A stretch of 64,000 bases of DNA from Takakia lepidozioides (lineage: Eukaryota > Plantae > Bryophyta), in contig CM060733.1 in NCBI GenBank assembly GCA_030704615.1, positions 31,682,001 through 31,746,000 on the forward strand. The letters run 5' to 3'. The position numbers were made by a program, and so were the translations under genes. The notes beneath the pieces were generated by a model. It made no database searches. It worked only from the letters and a program-made list of their open reading frames with translations, and had not been told where the DNA came from. The first letter of the stretch is position 1; each line of letters starts with the position of its first letter. This document shows positions 37,101-49,289 of this stretch, in pieces.

Positions 37101-40100
37101 AGATAGTCTACAGTTGACGAACCTGCAAAATGAAAATGAGTTGTGCACAAAGAATTGTGACCAGAATAAGGGAAGGCTAAAACGGACATAAAAATGCAAG
37201 GTAATATATGTTTATAGAGACACCATGGCACACACTTGATGGATGAGAAACATACTTGACAACTAATTCTGAGCTTGGTGGAGCTCCATTAGGAGGAAGA
37301 GGGAACCGGGACAAAAAGGGCATCACCAAAACCTCTCCTGCAGTGCCCTCCCCATTTTTTTCTTTCCCTTTGCCCTCCTTCTTCCTCTTCATTGTAGCAA
37401 CTTTCTTCATCCCACATGTAGTTGGCGGTTCCTGTATAATGCCACCCACACACTCCTTCGTAAGAACTTAACAGGATGCTTCCCTTCTTTGCGGGGGGCA
37501 CAGTGCGGAAGATGCAATAAACTTATTATGTCCACAGGAAACCCAGAGGGAGGAAGCAGATACAAAGAAAGAAACTTCAATGAGTCCACTTGAAAGCCCA
37601 AGAGGCCTATCAGACCAAGAGAGATTCAAAACTCTAAAGCTGTGATGAACTGGGTAAGCTCCTGGCTAATAATGCTTCAGACATTGGGCCCTTCTGTCAT
37701 CCTTACTTTAGCATCAACTGTCATACAAGAAGAATTCAGGCCCAGAAGAGCTACAGCAAATCTTTGCTTGAGCTTCTCAAATGAGCAAAAGAAGGTGCTG
37801 TGACAGTATATTTGTTGGTTTCAAGTAGGATCTATAATTGAGCATAGTACCCAATATAATGCATCAGGAAATGCTTGCTCGATTGATAGGACAGGTATAT
37901 ACCTACTGTCTGTTAGATGTCAGCTCAGATTTTGTTAGCTAGGGTTCTGTTAGGGTATTTGACAGCTAGGGATAGTTCTACCAGAAGGTTCCAGCACATG
38001 GTTCCGCCAGAAGTTTCTAGAGAACCCATGTAGGATTTAAGGGAAAGGCTGAGGCAATGCCCAGCACTTCTTCTAGCATTTTGGATGTGCTATCCTAGTA
38101 GATTGCAGAGAGAGGAGGAGGAGAAGTCCAGCATCTACTTTTGTAAGCTTTTCTTTTGCAGTAAGGAGCATTCTTGTTAGTACTAACTCTTTGGTTGGTT
38201 TAGGCTGTCAGTTTTTGTACTGCTGCTTGTGCTAGAAGCTATCAGTGCACTCTGAGAACAGAACGGGATGGGTAGCTCAGTCCCACCGGAATGGGGGAGG
38301 TCCTAGGTTCAATCCCTAGCCCGACCACACGCCAGTGGTTTTCCAACACTGTCAACATCCAGTTGAGATACCTTGCTGTAGAGAGGTACCCTAATGTTTG
38401 AGCTTCAGACTAGTGCTAAACACAAGGAGACATAAGAACATTTTTCTATCCATAGGAGGCCCGAACAGCACACAGGACACTGTAGAACTACAAGACAAAA
38501 TCAGGAAGTCTCGTAAAACTGGAAATGTTGACTGACTGCAGGTAAGCTGCTAAGCACTGTGGACCCTCATAGGTGAAGGCCTCTGCTACAAAAGACAGTA
38601 GTGGAGCTACTGTATTAGCATATAGTTTATGTAACGCCTCAACTTGCAGCATATGTAATGTTCCCATGGAGCGATAGCAGATCAATTGAGTATAATCTGA
38701 ATGGATGCAAGACAGGCATCATACATACTGGACAGCTCCTAGCCTCAGAACAAGAGAGCCTCTGGGGCATTAAGAATTCTGTCCATTCTCGTTGTTCTAC
38801 TCTGTCCCATTGGACCTTGTGGACGTTATATAATTTACTCATTTTTTTCCTTGGACGTTTTAACGTATCAGTTTCACTACTTTCCATTTTGTCCCATAAG
38901 CTCTGTGAGCTTTCCGCGGATGTTATAAAGCACCATTTCATTTCCTTTCAGAAATGCTTTGTATTTTTCATGTATGCTAGGTGAGGGAGCTTACCTAGCA
39001 AATATTTCCATTGAGGAAGGTCATACATTGCTTGGCAGCTTGGACGAAGCGTCGACTCTAAGACAATCCCTTGAGCAATAGTTGCTTTTGGGGTGCTTGT
39101 GGCCCCTCTCTCTTTCTTCCTCTTGTCCCGTATGCTCTTTGAGCTTCCCACAGATGTTGTAAAGTAACATTTCATTTAGTAGGCCTTCTGACTCCTCTGC
39201 CCTGTGGAAGACTACCAAAAGGCAATGCTGCCTCTCTCCATCTCGAAGGAAAATGCAACAAATCTAATTTCCGTCACTGTCCAACCAAAAAGTGGCTTTT
39301 TGACTCTGTTGTCACTCTATGTGACTCTGAACTCTGAGCCCTTGGAATCCTGGTTTCTTGGTGGGAGGAAAACCTTCAACCTCTACAGTCGTCTTTACTT
39401 CGAGGACTGCTGGGAGCTAGGTGCACAACGCCATTCAGGTCTTATATGCCAAATTTGCTTGCATAGCCCTCAAGCTCAAGGCCATATTTTAACTCGCTGG
39501 TTGAGATCTCTGGGCCCCAAGTGGTTTACAGCCGGTGACAGCATTGTCAACTATACAAGAAGGGTGACAGAGAAGAACCGGGGAACTACCGTGGCATCAC
39601 GCTCCTCAATGCTGTTGGCAAGACATTCTGCAGAGTTATAAGTACTCGTCTCGAGGTTGATCTGGAGTCTAGAGGTTGTTTCCACAAAGGCCAAGCTGGC
39701 TTTCGGTGAAACAGGGGCTGTGTGGATCATATCTTCAGTCTAAGCCAGATTATCCAGGGAAGGAAAAAAGAAGGGAAACCCACTTATGTTTTTTTCCTGG
39801 ATGTCAAAAAGGCTTATGACACAGTGTGGAGAGATGGCCTATGGTTCCGCCTTAGGTCTTGTGGGATCAAGGGAAAGATGTGGAGAGTTGTCCACAACTT
39901 GTATGCTCACACCAAAAGCTGTGTCACTGTTAACGGACAGAAGTCCAACTTCTTTGACATAGACCAAGGTGTAGCTCAAGGATGTACTCTCTCCCTTCTG
40001 CTCTTCAATGTTTTCATCAATCAACTCCTCGAGGATGTGGAAAGTGAGGGATTTGGGTTAAGGGTGGGTGATACCACCATACCAGCCCTTATGTTTGCGG

Positions 40101-43100
40101 ATGACTTCGCAGGCATAGGGGAGACTCCAACCAATCTCCAGGAGTTGATTGATTGCGCGAAGAGATACTTTGATCTTTGGGGGCTAGAGGGTAATGTCAG
40201 CAAATGTGCAGTGGTAACATTCAACGACAGAGGAGAGGGAGGAAGTGATCTTAAGTGGCAGTGGGGTAGCCAAGAGATCCCGGTCCTGCCTTCCTACACT
40301 TACCTGGGCATTGTGTTTTCCTCCAATTGTAATTGGGATGCACATATCCGGAAAGTTGTTCAAACTGGCAAGGGCAAAGCTCTGGGCTCACTAAATTTTT
40401 CCACTGCAGAGGGGTCAACTCTGAGGTTAAGAAAACCATGCTTTGTCGCGTTATTAGACCTGCCTTGGAGTACGGATCTGCAATATGGGTTGATGACTCC
40501 AACCAGGCTAAGTCTCTAGAATCCATTCAAGTGGGGGTGCTTAAGGAGTGTATGTCAGCATGCTCCAAAACAGCCAATGTGGCTGTTCGGGGTGAGTTTG
40601 GCATTCCGTCCTTAAGCTCCCGACGAGATGAATTCAAGGTCAGATGGTGGGGTCAGCTGCAACATATGTCCAACACCAGGTATCCTAAGTTAATCGGCTC
40701 TATATCTTGGAAACAGGACCGCCCTGTCAAACAGGCCAAGTCCTGGCAGAAGAGAGTAGAAGAGATTCTCAAGGACCTGGACCTGGATCCGCAAGTCTTG
40801 ACCCTGCTGGATAAATCTGACAGGCTGTAGTGTCCAAAGCCACGTCTGTTGCCATGAGATTGTCTGATGAAAATGAAGTTAGGCAGAAAACTTCCCTGAA
40901 CTTGTTTCCAGTCAGTGACATGGGGGAGGACATCTTGGATGACCTCAAGGGTCTACCCACTCTCGGCACTAGACTGAAATTTAAACTCAGGGCAGGAAGC
41001 CTACCTTTGAACAGCAAACAGAAGCAGAGAGGAAAGGGAGATTGCAATTGCCCGTTGTGTGGGCAATCTGAAGACAGTATTCGTTTTCTGATACACTGTC
41101 CGGGGTTCTCTCACCAAAGAGGCGCTCTCTTCAAATCTATCAAGGGAATTGTGCCTGTACCCCTGTTTACCAACTTTGAAAGTCTCGAGGCTGAGCCAAA
41201 AGCCCAGGCCCTCCTGAGGCCTAGTTTTTGGGCAAATCACACACAGCAGATTGATGCTTGTGTGAAGGGATTTCTAGAGGATATCTGGAAAACCCGGATT
41301 AATTCTATATATGAAGGTAAGTCTTACTACCAACGTCAGCCCCTGACAGAGGTAGGTTCTGTCCCTTTTGTTCCCGCTCAAACTGGGCGCGGGGTCAATG
41401 GCCACAAGGCTACGGCAAACAACGTCTTATGAGTACAATCTATGAGACTCAAAGCGGTTGGCTTGAAGGCATGCTAGTATGCTCATGTCTCCACTTCTTT
41501 GAATGCCATGGCTGCTGTCTCTTAACAAAACCAGGGGAGCCTGGAAATCGTGGCCAAGCATGGCAGGAACAGGCTTAGGGCACCTTTCCATGTGACCCCC
41601 AGAAGCTGACGTCATTTAGTCAAGCCTTGGAAATGCCTTGCACTGTGATCTTTCAACCCTCTCAACACATTCTGGGGTGGGGGGTTGGGAGTTGTAAGCC
41701 GCCGCGGAATCTTGGGCTGTCCATGGGTCCCAGGCAGTCTATCCACCCTGCCATAGCAGGTCAGAATCACAGGATAACCGTCACTATTGAAATTAACAGG
41801 GTTTCGTCTTCTCGTTGAAGCAATGACCTACACAGCTCTGTCTGTCTCATCGAGATGAAGAGACAAGTCTCCCGCGACCTGTCTAAGCGGTGGCACCCCA
41901 TCACTACCTGGTATCCACAGGTGGCAAAAGCAAGGCTCGTCGCCCTTTATCCATGGACCATGGGTGACCCAGACACTGCCCTATGTTATCCACAGGTCAC
42001 ATGGAAAGAGGCCCTTATCAGGAGTAGCTGTCAGCACTCCATCTTCAATCAGCGGCACCCCATTCAACAAAGCTGTGACGCTTGTGCAAGCCTGGCAGCC
42101 CTGGAAAAGGGCAACGAGGTCCACGGTGACATCATCAGAGCTGGAATTGTCTTCTACCATGACAACTTCCACATCCTCCACCATAATAGAATCGTACAGC
42201 TGAATTACTTGTCTGCAACTCTATCGCCCTCTCTTCAAAAAAAAACAAAAATGAAGGTGGGGGGGGGTTTAGACATTGGGAAGGTTCAGGGTTGACTCAC
42301 ACAAGCAGATACAGAGTGTTAGATGGGACAACCCAGAGTGTGCGGATAGCTTGTGTCCAGCATGCATTAGAGCAGGCAGACAGGAGATTGAGACTGAAGA
42401 ACATTTCTTCCTCCCGTTTCCTCTCTACTAAAGGATCTGGGCCTGTTACAGTGCCTGTTCCGGGACAGCCAATCAGACCTTGCTGAGGTCTTCCATTATA
42501 TGAGGACCAGAAATGCCTGGCAGCATATGTACATGAGGCCCTTCACCTTAGAGAATCTCATAAGGCTGAATCTAGACACTGAGTTTTTGGGCTGCTTGTT
42601 GAGGCCCTCACGTCCTTATTGTATGATACTTTCTTTATCCACATTCTGGAACAGTTCTCCAAAGACTATGGGCTGCAAGTCAATCTTAGCAAGACCAAGA
42701 TCATGGTCTTTAATGGTCAGGCTAGACTCATCTTCAACCACCAGGAAATTGAGATTGTGAAATCAGACCGGTATCTGGGTCTGGTTATCCACTCCCCCAA
42801 ATTCCACTTTGCAGCCACTGCCCTGGACAGATCGACTAAAGGGAAGGCGGCCTCCATCCGCCTTCAGGCCAAATGCAAACAAATACACCTACATCACCCC
42901 CCAACCAAAAAGTGGCTGTTTGACAGCGTTGTCAACCCTGCTACCCTCTATGGTTGTGAATTCTGGGCACCTGGTGTTCCTGTCTCCTGGTGGGAAAAGA
43001 ATCTGGAACCATTGCAGTCATCCTTTCTCCAAGAAAATGCTTGACGCCAGAAGCACAACTCCATCTCATATCCTAGGTGCAGAGTTCGCATGCGTGCCAC

Positions 43101-46100
43101 TGCAAACCGAGGCCCTCTTCTGGCTTACAATCTTTCTCCATAGATTACACGCCCTTCCACCCAAGGGGCTCGTGGCAAGAGCCCTCGCAACATCTATGAG
43201 GCTCAAAGCTACAGGTTTCAGGCACTCCTGGTATGCTCGAGTGGACAGTTTATTTCAGCGCAATGGACTCTCTACTGCTTCCCTATTACCAATGAATCCA
43301 GAAGGGGTGGACATCACATCCAGACATGACCGCAACAGACTCATTAGGAGAGGACTTATGGAATTACATGTCAAGAGAACTTGGAAGCTACCCAATCTCA
43401 CGACAAACCTCCACTTCTATCGAGAGACATTCTTGGTGCTCCGAGATGATAGAATCTTGAGGCCAAATTACCTTTCGGCATCTTTATCTCCTTCCCTCCT
43501 GAGGGCATTGGGGCGGTTCAGGGTGGGTTCCCACAACCTACAGATAGAGACTGGCAGATGGGAAAACCTGCAACGGGAGGACCGCCTATGTCCAGCTTGC
43601 ATAGGGTGCAGCCGGGAAATTGAAACTGAAGAACACTTCTTCTTCTACTGCCCTCTATACTACCCGATCCGTGGGAGATTCCACTGTTTATTCAGAGGAA
43701 CCCAATCTCTCACTGAAGTCTTCCACTATGAGGATCAGAAATGCCTGGCAGCTTACCTGCACGAGGCCTTCACCCGTAGACAATCACTAGAACAATAGTT
43801 CTTATTCTTGGGGTTTTGGCTTTGTTTCCTCTCACATGTTTTCTTCCATTTTGTCCCATAAGCTCTATGAGCTTCCCGCGAACGTTATAAAGCACCATTT
43901 CATTTCATTTCATTTCATCTATCCCATAAGCTCTTGAGCTTCCCCTGGATGTTATAAAGTTCCTTTCCTTTCCTTGGATTAGCTACCACTCTCCCCTCGT
44001 TAGCATTCAGAGTGTTTCTCTGATTACCAACCCTGTCTGGGGCAGCATTTCCTCCCTAAGAAAGAGAGGCAGACAGAGACAGGGAAAGCAGCACATTCAG
44101 GGAGTTTAAGCTGGTAAGAAAACCCGTAAGACGAGCAAACCTTGGCTGTAGCAATGAGACCAAGCAAATTTAATGCACTTTGTCGAGGAGTCATCAGGTC
44201 CTCTTTCCACCCACTTGCTTCATCCTGCGCCAAAAGCAACTACTGTCTAGCATCACTATGTTCATTGCAAACAGACAGAGGATAATTGACAAAGGCCCTC
44301 ACCAAGAAGTCGGTGATTGCCAAGTCAGACAAACAGTACAGATGAGAATAAAGATATTCCAGACAAAGAAGTTGGAGAGAAACATAGACAGTTAGAATAC
44401 TCTGCCAGGCTAAGATGTCAATCTTAATTAGGCCCCAACGAAGAGATACTGATGCTCTCCTCACCTAGTCAACACTTGTTCATAAATAGCACAGAGTACA
44501 CAATAGCTAGTTATACCAAATCTGAAGGAAGATTTTTGCGCAGGTACTCATCTTCGTCCTCCTGCCACTCCACCATATCCTGCAGAATGATCCAATTTTA
44601 TTATTTCTCGAGCTTCCTTCTCTGAATTATCTACTTTCAGTATTGCATGCATTAAAAACATCACCTTGCCGGAGGTCTACAGGAAACTAAACCACATGAA
44701 CAATATATTCTATCAACACCAACATGTACCTTCTCATTCATTTTGAGGGCAGGAAAGATTGCACTCTCTAAGAGACATGAAAAACAAGGTGCCATGAGCC
44801 GCCATCCCTGCCATACCAACAGCATCCTACTCACATTTCTCAGCAAAATCCTCATTTATTGGTAATATGTCCATTGGCAAGCACATCCGATACCACTGAC
44901 ATAACAAGCTGGTACTTTGCTCTTAGAGAACCGTGAACACAAAAAGAAGATGAACGGTGTGATAAAACTCAAGGTTACTCTCAGTTGACCTGATTGCTTC
45001 CAAATAAAGACCATCGCAGTTCACCTGAAGCTTCAATTGGCATGAACACTGGTGGAACCACATACAAGGCATGACACATGAAAAGGAATCGTGTACAAGT
45101 TGTCCTCATTCTGTTTTGAAGCAACCAGGCTGAGTGACACTTACAGGTCCAGTCTCAAGAATGTTGGAGACCAGATCAAATGACAGTGACATGATATGTT
45201 CCTGCATCGGATGAAGGTCCTGCAGAACCGAACGACGACCATCAATCGAGTTAGGTGCCTGATGACCTTAAAATCACTAACAAATACAAGTATCTGTGTC
45301 TAACCAAATGCTATCCATCATCACCATTCTCTATTTTCACGAGAGGAAGATCCACTAAACCTCAGGTAGTTTCAGTATCTTAGAAGTTGGGACTTACCTT
45401 GGCGTTCACAACTTTCCTCACAACTTTGAGTGCTGTATTTGACATTGCAGGTAGATACCTAAAGCATCACCCATCCAAGGCTGTAGTTATGCACAAGTTT
45501 GACATCACTAAGGCACACACTCGTCAACCTACTAAAAGACTAAGAGTTCTAGCCTCCCTATGTGCTGTAAGACACCATTATTCTTCTCAGCATGCTCACA
45601 AAATCAGAGTGGCAAGTGTGTGGAAGTGCACAGATAAACTATCTGCAGAGACCATTTACCTATATATCATGTGAATGCAATTTGCTATCCTTGTTGACAG
45701 CAGCCCACCCTCAAGGAGGATTTTAAAATGAAGAGTGGGGAGACACGCAACAATCTTACTTGTCAACATGCTTAAGATGCCGCACTACCAGGTTGCTGCA
45801 GATTTGAAGCACCCTCTTCCAAGTTTTGAGCCTCGGCTGCTGCTCACGAGAGTCCAATCGTTTCTCAAGCATCACCATATCCAGCAACACCATGAGATCT
45901 TGGAACCACTGTCCCAGGCATGAGAGGAGCGATGCTGGCATGTGCGACTTTATCTGTCACCCCTCCCACATGCAGGAAAATAAGTCTCCAGTTGGTGAAC
46001 TAATATGGAGGTACATGATCCTTGCACAAACCTAAAATTCATTCTCCTGAGGGGAATGTAGGCTTGAGGCATACATTCACTAGGAAACCCAGGATGATAT

Positions 46101-49100
46101 TGTGAGATTGAGTTTTCATGAGCATACATTCTCATTTAGAAAAGAAAATTACCCAAGCCACCAGCCCTGGCCAACAATCAAAGCCATGGAAATGAACCAA
46201 AGTAGGTCAGCACTTTCACACAATCCAGTTGCGCAAACTCCAAATATTCCATGTCTTGTTTGAACCCACAATGGCTTCTTTCTATGGGCAAACACAAGCA
46301 CATTCAATGGGAATAGACAAATCTTGATTGGAAAGATTCATATCATCAACAGGTCTTACGGCAAGGTGGAAGGACTTGCACAGGATCAGGAGAATGTTGT
46401 CATGCTGAGCACAACCCTCGTCCTTTGATGCTGCCACCTGTGTGTATTTGCACAATTCCACCCTATATGTGAAGGTTAGGACCTGAAATCAACTATCAAA
46501 ACACTGTCAAGCCACCTTTATACTCTACTGTGATCCCGTCTAATTATTTTCTCAGATAAGCCATCAGTTTGTGAATTTGTGCCACCAAAAGTCCCAAGAG
46601 CTTGCTAGGTTGAGTACCAAAACAGAAGTACCCAACATGTTCAGAAAAACACAAACCCACATGTACGCATGTGTCTAGAAGGAGCAACAGATATGGGCTT
46701 GTCTTGGTGCTGAGTTGGAGTCCATAAAGTCCTAAAGGATGGAACTTTAGAACGTCAACCGGAAGCTCAAAGTGCTTATGAAAAGATGAAAGAATGATGC
46801 AAGACAGAGAGAAGGCGGGCCTTCAAAGCAACCTGAAAGCAACCACTACTATTCACAATCCAGAGATTCTCTAAGGTGGAGAGATTCGTGAGGTGTGCTG
46901 CCAGGCATTTCTGGTCGTCATAATGATAGACCTCTGGAGAAACAACTATAAAACATCCATGGAAAGCTCAAAGAGAGATACTCTAAATTTACATGTCGAT
47001 TGATGGATGTATGAGCCTGGGCAGGCTTCAATACCTGCTGTACAAGATGATGGAAGATGCCATGCAGAGGTGTAACCAGCTCCTTGACAACCAGCTCCAA
47101 TTGCTGAGGAACAGGCTCATGTGCCACTGTTGGGTCCTTGAAATACTACACACCCACCACACCAACTTCAACGTAGTTCTCTTCACTCATACAAATGGAA
47201 ATTCACGATGTAAATAGCTGACAGCACCTGCTTGACAATAGATCCACAAACAACATTCACCGCCGCCGACGGCACCCCAGCTTCCACGGAGGTTGACAGA
47301 CAGGCAGAAACAAGAGCTTGAAACCCTAACACAATTACCCTCACTGTGGCCTAGCTGCAGGGTATGTTCTTGCCCTCTAGAATTGCCTTTAAAGCAATAG
47401 AAATGTCTTCAGTGAACTGAGAAGTTCAGCACAAAGAACAGTAGCGAACCTGAAAGGGTTTGATTATAGTTTGAAGTGCAATAAGAACATTCAATGTTTT
47501 CAGCTCAGATTTCCCTGTTCCATGCACCAGGTCACTGTTCTGCGTTGCTGTCTTGAGTGCTGGCACAAGTTCTGGCCATGTCATTTGCTTCGTGAAATCA
47601 TTCACTGCTACCAGGCGAAACTGCAGTCACAAGAAAGAGCCAACCTTGGTCAGTGGGTGACCTGGTGCTAGTCTAGCTGATATTGGCAGCACCATTGAAG
47701 ATCTCAAAGTATTAAATAAATCTGCACTAAACCCTTAAGATGCAGAAACGGCTAACCGAGAAGGCTATGCTTTGGTTGCTTAGGGAAAAGCAGCAGGAGG
47801 GAATACATAGTTAGTACGCAAGAAGAGCCCATTGTTACATGTAAAAACCAAGAGTCAATCCATAGCATCTCCTTATTGACCATAAGAAGACAGCATCTTT
47901 AATAAAATTGTTCTTGCACAAACAAGGCCTGTAAGGGCAAACATCCTAGATCAGAGCAAAAGATATTTATGAACAATATCATCCAGAGCTAGTATCGTTC
48001 AGTAAATTATGAGATTGAGCACCAAAATGCCAGAACAATTTGCAGAATTTGCCAGTGTAAAGAGTTGAGGCTCACTTGAATGCGAGGCTTCATGGGTTGA
48101 TGCAAGGGTTCATTTGATGGGTCATAGACCCAGTTACTAAACCTCGGCACTATGAAACTATTGGAAATCTGTTAGGTCACCCATTTCAAAGTTCCCTTGA
48201 AATGAAATCCCACTATTCAGCCCACCGAATCAATAAACATGCAATTCCTCTATGGAACCTCAAGCTGTTGTGCTAGGTCAATGCCAAGTAGCAGGCTGGC
48301 TGGATCAGCAAGCAGATATTAGTAGCGTCAGAACAGCTTGTGCCAAATTGCAACATAATGCACAGTCACATCCCTACATAATTATGTGTGCACTCATCCA
48401 TAGGACTGACCACAGCTCCTCATTGAACGACTCAAAAGAGACTTACAGATTCTGCCAAGATCTTGAGGACTAGACCGTCAACGCGCAAAAGCACCTCCAC
48501 AAGCTGATTCCTGAACTCGCGTCTTTCTTCATGGGAGATTGCATCGTCCTCATTCCATTGATTCTTTAAGAAATTCTTGAGATATGTGGCTGCAGCAACT
48601 CGCTGCCCTTTCTCCTGGCCCCCTGCCCACAGCCCAGAAACATGGTAATCTCACCTCTGAGAATTGCCTGTCCAATGTTATTTGAGAAAGTAGGACCTTT
48701 GCAATTATGTGTTAATTTCTGCAAGAGAAAATGTCTATATTTCCCAACTTCATCGTCAGCAACATTAGCCTTTTTGTTTGTTAGTGTCACCAGGTATTGA
48801 CAAATGGCTCAGGAGCAGCATTACCTCTTCAATAGCAAGGATAAATGAAAAATCAAGACTAACTTTCTGTACTCTTGGTGGGAAAATTGCAGAACATGTC
48901 CAGCGGTACAACAGGATGCGTATATAGTCTTGCCATTTCCATTCAAACCTCCAGTGAAACTACACCCTCTCTACACGATTAAGAAAAACATTCAAGTAGG
49001 GCATGCCCCAAAATTGGACGTTTTACAAGCTCGAATCATACGTTCGTCTCATTAAATACAGTAGGATGTGATTCTTCGAACCTTAGGTTTCTGATAATGC

Positions 49101-49289
49101 CCAACTTAGGGCAGAGGGCTCACCTGCGGAAAGCATGAGAAGGCATATAGCAAAGTTTGGGACAATGTGAGCAGCTTCTAAATGGGCAGTAGCTGTCCGC
49201 ACAACTGCCTCTTGAGCACCTGCTGTCTCACTCAGCCACTGTGCTATCTGTTCCTTTCCTATCCCCGGCATCTCCACCATTGCCTCCAT
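31145..49289 (-). CDS. Importin-beta family (IPO7/8-SAD2-like, probably PLANTKAP-type) ARM/HEAT protein, ~20 exons
   Basis: IBN_N-like exons include IAQWLSETAG..ATAHLE, GQRVAAATYLKNFLK, WPELVPALK, EEDEYLRKNLP, GWKEDLMTPRQSALNLLG, ANWLLGELA-like (SNWLLGELATCMPE), WNAWEEEEDESVF and an acidic EETE..FLER-like stretch. Last exon ends FPQSKAYLS* at 31145. Consistent GT-AG boundaries. Confidence 0.8.
37911..38348 (+). mobile_element. 438-bp solo LTR in an importin intron, containing a tRNA-like module
   Basis: TGTTAGA...TCCAACA termini with TSD CTGTC (37906-37910, 38349-38353). tRNA-like segment at ~38266-38326. Strand assigned from the tRNA-like segment. Confidence 0.85.
39200..41620 (+). mobile_element. 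Nested LINEs: an old family-B fragment (39200-39530 and 41430-41620) interrupted by a 5'-truncated family-A LINE (~39530-41430)
   Basis: Family A RT: NYRGITLL, GQAGFR, FLDVKKAYDTVWRDGL, GVAQGCTLS, LMFADD, YTYLG, C-terminal CPLC..H..C-like. Its flanks align in order to the LINE at 42836-43300 (PTKKWLFDSVV; TCTATGAG.CTCAAAGC). Confidence 0.8.
42078..42152 (+). pseudogene. Small PPR fragment in an importin intron
   Basis: ACASLAALEKGNEVHGDIIRAGIV, similar to the units at 455-525. Confidence 0.6.
42570..43975 (+). mobile_element. 5'-truncated LINE (family B): RT end, C-terminal zinc-binding region and duplicated 3' tail
   Basis: GLQVNLSKTKIMVF, RYLGL, LYGCEFW, RFRVGSHNLQIETGRW..RLCPAC..ETEEHFFFYCPLY. 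Tail TTGTCCCATAAGCTCTATGAGCTTCCC..ATAAAGCAC(CATTT)n. Confidence 0.85.

Noticed and set aside
38266-38326. Functional tRNA gene
   Set aside because: The D arm is incomplete, the anticodon loop is irregular, and it lies inside an LTR.
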